A stretch of 39,690 nucleotides of DNA, taken from positions 1-39,690 of the forward strand of contig JBBAFX010000001.1 in NCBI GenBank assembly GCA_041655195.1, read 5' to 3'. Both the position numbers and the translations under genes were made by a program. The DNA is from Trueperaceae bacterium (GTDB lineage Bacteria > Deinococcota > Deinococci > Deinococcales > Trueperaceae). This document shows positions 34,465 to 39,690 of this stretch, in pieces; position 1 is the stretch's first letter, and each line of letters opens with the position of its first letter. The notes below the pieces were generated by a model that saw nothing but the letters and a program-made list of their open reading frames with translations, searched no databases and was not told the DNA's origin.

Positions 34465-37442
34465 CAGCTCACCGCCTCGTTAGGGTTCTTGACCTTGGCC
34501 AGGTAGGAGGTGCGCGGGAAGGTCTGGAGCTCTTCGAGCATGGCGTAGTTCAGCGGCGAGCTCTTCACCCGCGCAACAGCGGAAGCGGGATCGTTCAGGT
34601 CGCCGAACACGATGGCCTGGGTGGGGCACGCAGCCTGGCAGGCGGTGACCACTTCGCCGTCGGCTATGCGGCGGTCCTCGTTGGAGGCGTCGATGCGGGC
34701 CATGGAGATGCGCTGGGTGCAGTAGGTGCACTTCTCCATGACGCCGCGGCTACGCACCGTGACGTCGGGGTTGTTGGCCAGCGACAGCTCGGTGGCGTCG
34801 GTGGCGAGCTCGGCGTACTGCAGCCAGTTGAAGCGGCGCACCTTGTAAGGGCAGTTGTTGGAGCAGTAGCGGGTGCCCACGCAGCGGTTGTAGACCATGA
34901 CGTTCAGGCCTTCGCTGTCGTGCACGGTGGCGCCGACCGGGCAGACGGGCTCGCAGGGAGCCTTCTCGCACTGCTGGCACGGCATGGGCTGGCTGAAGAA
35001 CTCGGGCTCGTCTATGGAGCCGCCGAAGTAGCTGTCGACGCGGATCCAGTGCATCTCGCGGCCTACCGCCACTTGGTCCTTGCCGACCACGGGGATGTTG
35101 TTCTCGGACTGGCAGGCCACCACGCAGGCGTTACAGCCCGTGCAGACGGTCTGGTCGATGACCATGCCCCAGCGGTAACCCTCGTACTGGAAGTCGGGGT
35201 AGAGGTCCGCGTGGAGGTGCGGAACGGGGTGCACGAAGCTCAGCTCGTCGGGGTTAGCGACGTAGTCGCGGAACTCCTGCACGGTGCCGTAACGCACGAT
35301 GTGGCGCGCCTCGCCCGTGCCCTCCAGCGCGTGGTGGATCTGGGTGCTGACGAGCTTGTGGCTACCCGCCACCTTGGTGACGGTCACGGGTTGCGTGCCG
35401 TTAGCGCTCAGGTCGAGCAGCTCGTACGCGTTGACGCCGACGTTGTTACCCACGTTGCCGGCGGCGGTGCGGCCGTAGCCTAGCTGCAGGGTGATGGCAC
35501 CTTGCGCCTGGCCCGGCTGAATCCAGACGGGCGCGGTCACTTCGCGGCCACCACTGTTTAGCCTGACGAGGTCGCCGGTGCCCACGCCCAGGCTCTCCGC
35601 GGTGGCGGGGGCAACGAACGCGGCGTTGTCCCAGGTGAGCTTGGTGATGGGGCGCGGCAACTCCTGCAACCAACCGTTGTTAGCGAAGCGCCCGTCCATG
35701 ACGGCTGAATCGAGGACGAGGCTGAGCTCGTACTCGGCCGCTTGCGGCAGGTCGCCGCCGGCTTGCGCGGTGCCTATGGCCACCACCGGGCTGGTGGAGC
35801 CGGCCACGACGCCGCTGAAGACGGTCTCGCGCCAGAAGTCGTCGAAGCTACCGGTGACCGTGGAGCGCCAGTAGTTGCGCACCAGGTTGTAACCGGACGA
35901 ATTGGCGTTGCCGAGCACCATGTCGAGCACTTCAACGTTGCTCTTACCGCCGTAGAACGGCAGGATGAGCGGCTGCTGAATGCTGATGGTGCCGTCGAAG
36001 GCGCGGGCGTCGCCCCACGTCTCGAGGAAGTGCGTCTGCGGCAGGCTCCACGTGACGTGCGCCGAGGTCTCGTCGTGATACTGGCCGAGCTTGGCGGAGA
36101 AGGCCACGCGGCTGAGCGCCTGCTCGAAGCCGAGGGCGGCCGGGGCCGTGTAGACGGGGTTGGCGTCGAAGATGAGCAGCGTGCTGACGTCGCCGGCGTT
36201 CATGGCGCTAACCAGCTCGGTGAGTTCCGCGGCGTGGTTGGCGGGCCGGGCGGCGGCCGGCATGACGTAGCGGACCGTGTTACCTACGTTGCCGAGCGCA
36301 TCGTTGAGGGCGTGAGCCAAGGCGTGCACGGCCGCCGGCTGGTCGTCGCCGGCGATGACGATGCTGCTGCCCTGGTTGGCTTGCAGGTCGGCCAGCATGG
36401 CGTTCCAGACGTCCTGAGAGAACGCCTGCGGCTTGCTACCAGAACCGCCGGCGCCGAGCTCGCCCGCCAGGGCGGCTGCAGCTGCGGCCAGGTCGCTGGG
36501 CTTGAGGGCCACACGGTGATCGGCCAGGGTGCCGGTCACGGAGGGGCTGGCCTCGAGTTGGTAGAGGCGGTTCATGGTGTCCGCGTCGCGCACGGTGTGC
36601 AGGCGGCGCCTGTCGGCGAACGCGCGGGCGTAAGCCAGGCGGGCGGGACCGCGGTCCATGAAATCGGCACCCAGCGAGACCACCACGTCGGCCTGCGAGA
36701 AATCGTAGATGGGCGTGACGTCCGTGCCGAACGCCAGGCGGGCGCCTTCCAGCGCGCCGTCGGAGTGCAGCGGGTCGTACTGGTACCAGCGCGCCTGCGG
36801 GTTGGCTTCCAGCACGGCCTGCAGCTGCGCGGCCATGGTGGGGGAGGTGACGTTCTCGGTGAGGATAGCCAGGCCGGCGCCCTGATCGGCGGAGCCTAGC
36901 GCGCCCTGCAGAGCGTCGTAGAACGCTTCCCAGCTGCTGGGCTCGTCGCCGCGGCGCACGTCCTGAGCGCGGTCCGGGTCGTAGAGCGATAGGACCAGCG
37001 CCTGCGTGGTGGCCGAGGTGGCGCCCAGGCTGGCGGGGTGGTCGGGGTTGCCCTCGAGCTTGGTGGGGCGGCCCTGGTGCGACTCGGCCAGCACGCCTTC
37101 GGCGTAACCGCCGTACGTGACCGCCGTGGCGAAGAAGAGCGGGCGGCCCGGGGTGATCTGGTCGGGCTGCCGCACGTAAGGCACGATCTTCTCGTGCGCT
37201 TGCGGCGGCCGCGCGCAGGCGGAGAGCCCGGCGAGCGCCATGCTGGCGCCCAGCAGTTTCAGGAAGTCGCGTCGCTGGAGGCCGTTCTCGAGCGGCGCAG
37301 CTTGCCGCGGGAACTCGCGCTGCAAGAAGAGTTGGAACTCGTCCGTGTCGGCGATCTCGTCTAGGCTGCGCCAGTAGGCGGGACCCTCCTGGTTGGCGAG
37401 GCGCGCGCGAATATCGGTGAAGTCGGTTCTAACGTCTGTCAT
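34464..37442 (-). CDS. actB: Alternative Complex III subunit ActB (molybdopterin-oxidoreductase-like domain fused to a 4-cluster ferredoxin domain)
   Basis: Tat motif RRDFLKLLGASMALAGLSAC. The large pterin-enzyme-like domain has no N-terminal Cys cluster. The C-terminal Fe-S motifs are CTGCNACVVAC, CQQCEKAPCEPVCP, CVGTRYCSNNCP and ACQAACP. I prefer ATG 37442 because it overlaps the actA stop (ATGA). The track ORF starts at GTG 37460. Confidence 0.92.
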   Translation of the reverse strand: MTDVRTDFTDIRARLANQEGPAYWRSLDEIADTDEFQLFLQREFPRQAAPLENGLQRRDFLKLLGASMALAGLSACARPPQAHEKIVPYVRQPDQITPGRPLFFATAVTYGGYAEGVLAESHQGRPTKLEGNPDHPASLGATSATTQALVLSLYDPDRAQDVRRGDEPSSWEAFYDALQGALGSADQGAGLAILTENVTSPTMAAQLQAVLEANPQARWYQYDPLHSDGALEGARLAFGTDVTPIYDFSQADVVVSLGADFMDRGPARLAYARAFADRRRLHTVRDADTMNRLYQLEASPSVTGTLADHRVALKPSDLAAAAAALAGELGAGGSGSKPQAFSQDVWNAMLADLQANQGSSIVIAGDDQPAAVHALAHALNDALGNVGNTVRYVMPAAARPANHAAELTELVSAMNAGDVSTLLIFDANPVYTAPAALGFEQALSRVAFSAKLGQYHDETSAHVTWSLPQTHFLETWGDARAFDGTISIQQPLILPFYGGKSNVEVLDMVLGNANSSGYNLVRNYWRSTVTGSFDDFWRETVFSGVVAGSTSPVVAIGTAQAGGDLPQAAEYELSLVLDSAVMDGRFANNGWLQELPRPITKLTWDNAAFVAPATAESLGVGTGDLVRLNSGGREVTAPVWIQPGQAQGAITLQLGYGRTAAGNVGNNVGVNAYELLDLSANGTQPVTVTKVAGSHKLVSTQIHHALEGTGEARHIVRYGTVQEFRDYVANPDELSFVHPVPHLHADLYPDFQYEGYRWGMVIDQTVCTGCNACVVACQSENNIPVVGKDQVAVGREMHWIRVDSYFGGSIDEPEFFSQPMPCQQCEKAPCEPVCPVGATVHDSEGLNVMVYNRCVGTRYCSNNCPYKVRRFNWLQYAELATDATELSLANNPDVTVRSRGVMEKCTYCTQRISMARIDASNEDRRIADGEVVTACQAACPTQAIVFGDLNDPASAVARVKSSPLNYAMLEELQTFPRTSYLAKVKNPNEAVS

Positions 37443-38101
37443 CGGTGGCAGGTGGAGCACTGAATGAGCTTGTCGGTATCAATGTGGTAGGCCTCGATGA
37501 GCGTCTGGCCGAGGTTGGCCTGAGCGATCGGGTCGGACAGGGGCGTGTACGACATGTTGAACACCTCGCTAACGGGCCGCAGCTGCGAGCTGGGGTCGCG
37601 GTGGCATTCCAGGCACCAGCCCATGGTCAGCGGTTCGTTCTTCCACATCTGAGCCATCTGATCCACGCGGCCGTGGCAGCTGCTGCAGCCGACGCCGTTG
37701 TTCACGTGAGCCGAGTGGTCGAAGAAGGCGTAGTCGGGCAGGTCGTGAACGCGGTTCCACTGGATGGGCGCGCCGCTGTTCCAGCTGGCCACCACCGCCT
37801 GCAGTTCAGGGGTGTCGACGCGCAGCTGCGAGTGGCAGGTCATGCACGTTTCGGTGGGAGGCACGGAAGCGGTGTTGGAGGTCTCTACCGAAGTGTGGCA
37901 GTAACGGCAGTCGAGGCCCATCACGGCCACGTGGATGTTGTGCGGAAAGTCGATCGGCTGTGCCACGGGCACACCGACGGCGTTGTTGGTCATACGTGCG
38001 TAGAGGGGTAGCGCCACGATCAGGAGGATGGCGAACGTGCCGCCACCCCAGGCTAGCCATTTAACGAACGAGTTCGAGTTGGGCGGAAAATAGTTGGGCA
38101 T
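37439..38101 (-). CDS. actA: Alternative Complex III subunit ActA (membrane-anchored pentahaem cytochrome c)
   Basis: N-terminal TM anchor and five CxxCH motifs: CRYCH, CMTCH, CSSCH, CLECH and CSTCH. Confidence 0.92.
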   Translation of the reverse strand: MPNYFPPNSNSFVKWLAWGGGTFAILLIVALPLYARMTNNAVGVPVAQPIDFPHNIHVAVMGLDCRYCHTSVETSNTASVPPTETCMTCHSQLRVDTPELQAVVASWNSGAPIQWNRVHDLPDYAFFDHSAHVNNGVGCSSCHGRVDQMAQMWKNEPLTMGWCLECHRDPSSQLRPVSEVFNMSYTPLSDPIAQANLGQTLIEAYHIDTDKLIQCSTCHR

Positions 38102-38397
38102 CAGGCAGGCACCTCAGCGCACTCCCTTTCATGTTGCAGGCTGGGCGTTAGGAAGCTCTCAGACGAACCCGGGCAGGCCACTTGGGCGTGCCACGACGAA
38201 TAGACACAGATGACGCTCAGTTCGACCTCCTAGCGCGAGGGCATGGTGCTGGCCCTGTGCTGTACGCAACCGCGGGGTGCGGGCCCAGTGTTGTTCTCGG
38301 CCTAATCTATCACAAACGATTTTGCGCCCCATTCGGGACGATTGTCCCGCTATTTGTCACTTCTACAGCCGCGCGTCTCCTCATGGTTTCCCGCAAG

Positions 38398-38431
38398 GAC
38401 CCCGCAGCCCGAGTGCTTCGGGTGCGGGGTC
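38398..38431 (-). terminator. GC-rich hairpin 13 nt downstream of tRNA-Ala
   Basis: On the minus strand, GACCCCGCACCCGA / AGCAC / TCGGGCTGCGGGGTC forms a 14-bp stem with one bulge. No U-tract follows. Confidence 0.45.
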
Positions 38432-38443
38432 CAGACGGTTTAT

Positions 38444-38519
38444 TGGTGGAGCCTGCCGGACTCGAACCGGCGACGTCTCGCTTGCAAAGCGAGTGCTCTC
38501 CCAGCTGAGCTAAGGCCCC
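38444..38519 (-). tRNA. tRNA-Ala (anticodon UGC), CCA encoded
   Basis: The minus strand reads GGGGCCTTAGCTCAGCTGGGAGAGCACTCGCTTTGCAAGCGAGACGTCGCCGGTTCGAGTCCGGCAGGCTCCACCA. It folds as a 76-nt cloverleaf by hand, with a 7/4/5/5-bp stem pattern. The anticodon loop is TTTGCAA. The G3:U70 alanine identity pair and the GTTCGAGTC T-loop are present. Confidence 0.95.
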
Positions 38520-38664
38520 GTGCTGCTGGGTGCGGACATGACAGCGTCCGCGGCTGCGGGTCATGACGTGGACACATGGTCGCGTACCGGTGGTCCGGTC
38601 ACGAACCCGACCAGCAATATAGCGCGCGCACTGTTGACCGCGCCACTACCTTGGGTGTGGTGGC

Positions 38665-39297
38665 TTAGATCTGGTCGTCGGCGGCGATGAAGCCGAGCTG
38701 CCAGCGGCGGCGACCCGCTTCCTTCGGGCGGCCATCTTTGGCGCGCATCACGGCGTCCAACTCGGCCATAAGGTCGACGAACTCGGCCTCTGTGAGCCAC
38801 AGGTTGGACAGCGCCAGCGTGCCGTGCACTTCGGTGGTGCGGCCGGTGTGGTACTCGGGTGCCCAGTCCACCAGGCGCTGGATCATAGAGTGAAGGTCTG
38901 CTGCAAGCCAGTTCGTGACGGCGCCGGCCGAGGCCTCGTCCTCGACCGGGTGCTCGGGGTTACCCAACTCCCACGACCCGCTCAGCGGCTTCCACACGCG
39001 GTCACGCTTGTCTCTCGCGTGTTCCGGAGCCTCTTCTATGAGGTTGGCGTCGGCGAGGACCCGCAGGTGGAAGCTGACCTTGTTGGCAGGGATACCTAGC
39101 GTAGCGGCAAGGTCGGTCGCGCGGGCATGCCCCGTGACCGTGAGCGCGTGGAACAGCTGCTGGCGTAGGGGGTTGGCTAGCGCCTTCAGCATGGACACGG
39201 AGGCGGTTGGGTACAGCGGTTCACGTTTTTGGGTCACCTGGGTGTCTGGACCGGTGGGCTCGATGGCCGTGCCTTTAGGCTGTTCCTGCTTGCTCAT
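38665..39297 (-). CDS. ArsR-type winged-helix transcriptional regulator with a C-terminal domain of unknown function
   Basis: HTH segment LKALANPLRQQLFHALTVTGHARATDLAATLGIPANKVSFHLRVLADANLIEE. I prefer ATG 39297 (MSKQEQ). The track ORF extends to 39414 across the divergent promoter region. Confidence 0.8.
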   Translation of the reverse strand: MSKQEQPKGTAIEPTGPDTQVTQKREPLYPTASVSMLKALANPLRQQLFHALTVTGHARATDLAATLGIPANKVSFHLRVLADANLIEEAPEHARDKRDRVWKPLSGSWELGNPEHPVEDEASAGAVTNWLAADLHSMIQRLVDWAPEYHTGRTTEVHGTLALSNLWLTEAEFVDLMAELDAVMRAKDGRPKEAGRRRWQLGFIAADDQI

Positions 39298-39352
39298 GGG
39301 CGCAGTCTCACGGGCATAGTGTAGCGTTCCAGGTGCGCCGATTGAACTGATT

Positions 39353-39390
39353 AAGTTGCGCAATAGAAGTTGCGCAAGTAGACTTGCGAA
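39353..39390. promoter_or_regulatory. operator-like array: palindrome TTGCGCAA twice plus a degenerate third copy, at 14-bp phasing
   Basis: AAGTTGCGCAA occurs at 39353..39363 and 39367..39377, and ACTTGCGAA at 39382..39390. The array sits in the 94-bp gap between the divergent regulator gene and the MFS gene. It ends 1 nt before the MFS ATG. Confidence 0.55.
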
Positions 39391-39391
39391 T

Positions 39392-39690
39392 ATGGCCGAC
39401 CCAAGAGGCGACACCCCCGCTGCCGTGCCGACCGTAGTTGCGCCGCCGCAGGAGCCGGACGGGGCTACCGGATCCAGCTACCGCCTGGAACGCGACAGCA
39501 CCTACCTCACGTGGCTGGCCAGCGACACGGCTACTGGAACCGCGAGTGCCCTAGGTACCTTCGCCATACCCCTCATCGCTATCGCCGTCACCGGCTCGGC
39601 GGCTCAGGCGGGCGTTATCAGCGGCGTGTCGTTGGCGGCGCGACTGATAGCCACGCTGGTCGGCGGCGTCATGGCAGATCGCCGCAACCG
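39392..39690 (+). CDS. MFS transporter, N-terminal 99 codons (runs off the right edge)
   Basis: Absent from the track because no stop is reached. My translation is MADPRGDTPAAVPTVVAPPQEPDGATGSSYRLERDSTYLTWLASDTATGTASALGTFAIPLIAIAVTGSAAQAGVISGVSLAARLIATLVGGVMADRRN. The TM1-TM2 pattern and the G..ADR motif are typical of MFS loop 2-3. Confidence 0.7.
   Translation, partial: MADPRGDTPAAVPTVVAPPQEPDGATGSSYRLERDSTYLTWLASDTATGTASALGTFAIPLIAIAVTGSAAQAGVISGVSLAARLIATLVGGVMADRRN

Noticed and set aside
34464-37442. Annotating the 992-aa Tat protein as a catalytic molybdoenzyme such as a polysulfide, thiosulfate or tetrathionate reductase.
   Set aside because: It lacks the N-terminal Cys-cluster motif of catalytic pterin subunits and is fused to the ferredoxin-like subunit. 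It sits between a pentahaem cytochrome and the NrfD / DUF3341 / cytochrome c / NrfD set, which is the ACIII signature.
38444-38519. tRNA-Ala(UGC) as evidence of a neighbouring rRNA operon, or as an integration site of a genomic island carrying ACIII.
   Set aside because: No 16S- or 23S-like sequence flanks it. No integrase, and no obvious direct repeat of the tRNA 3' end, was seen between the tRNA and the gyrB terminator. The island idea remains untested speculation.
38182-38566. ORFs of 74-108 aa on both strands overlapping the tRNA-Ala gene.
   Set aside because: They overlap a confidently folded tRNA and its terminator hairpin, and their translations have no coding character.

Overview
GC-rich bacterial chromosomal window with strong third-position G/C bias, so long spurious antisense ORFs are common. 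It is densely packed, and many neighbouring genes overlap as ATGA or GTGA, which suggests translational coupling. All calls come from reading the translations by eye; no searches were run.

I support about 36 protein-coding genes and one tRNA. From left to right:
- 1-5435 (-): an Lpt-like envelope module of two LptF/LptG-type permeases, a 974-aa OstA/LptD-like outer-membrane candidate and a lipoprotein.
- 5552-11066 (+): DUF4388 protein, trmB, DUF1684 protein, pgeF, a CoA-type NUDIX hydrolase, and a triple ATP-cone protein fused to a 2-phosphoglycerate-kinase-like P-loop domain.
- 11186-14332 (+): an ABC-2 transporter pair followed by a SPOR-domain protein with acidic tandem repeats.
- trxB (-).
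- 15718-17912 (+): a PAS-PAS-GGDEF-EAL signalling gene that is split by a frameshift.
- 17997-27480: M3 oligopeptidase, a DUF3810 HExxH membrane protein coupled to an ABC-F ATPase with a roughly 285-aa C-terminal extension, an RNHCP zinc-ribbon protein, a crotonase, an amidohydrolase and an SDR.
- gyrB (+).
- 29805-38101 (-): a complete seven-gene Alternative Complex III operon (actABCDEF plus a membrane-anchored cytochrome c).
- tRNA-Ala(UGC) (-).
- A divergent ArsR-like regulator and MFS transporter pair with an operator-like repeat array between them.

I saw no CRISPR array, IS element, integrase, phage gene or recognisable defence system. The best candidates for undescribed biology are:
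- the ABC-F extension with the DUF3810 protein;
- the NUDIX and ATP-cone kinase pair;
- the self-contained Lpt-like module;
- the cytochrome c appended to ACIII;
- short tandem repeats that straddle three stop codons.
None of these is proven to be a novel system from sequence alone.
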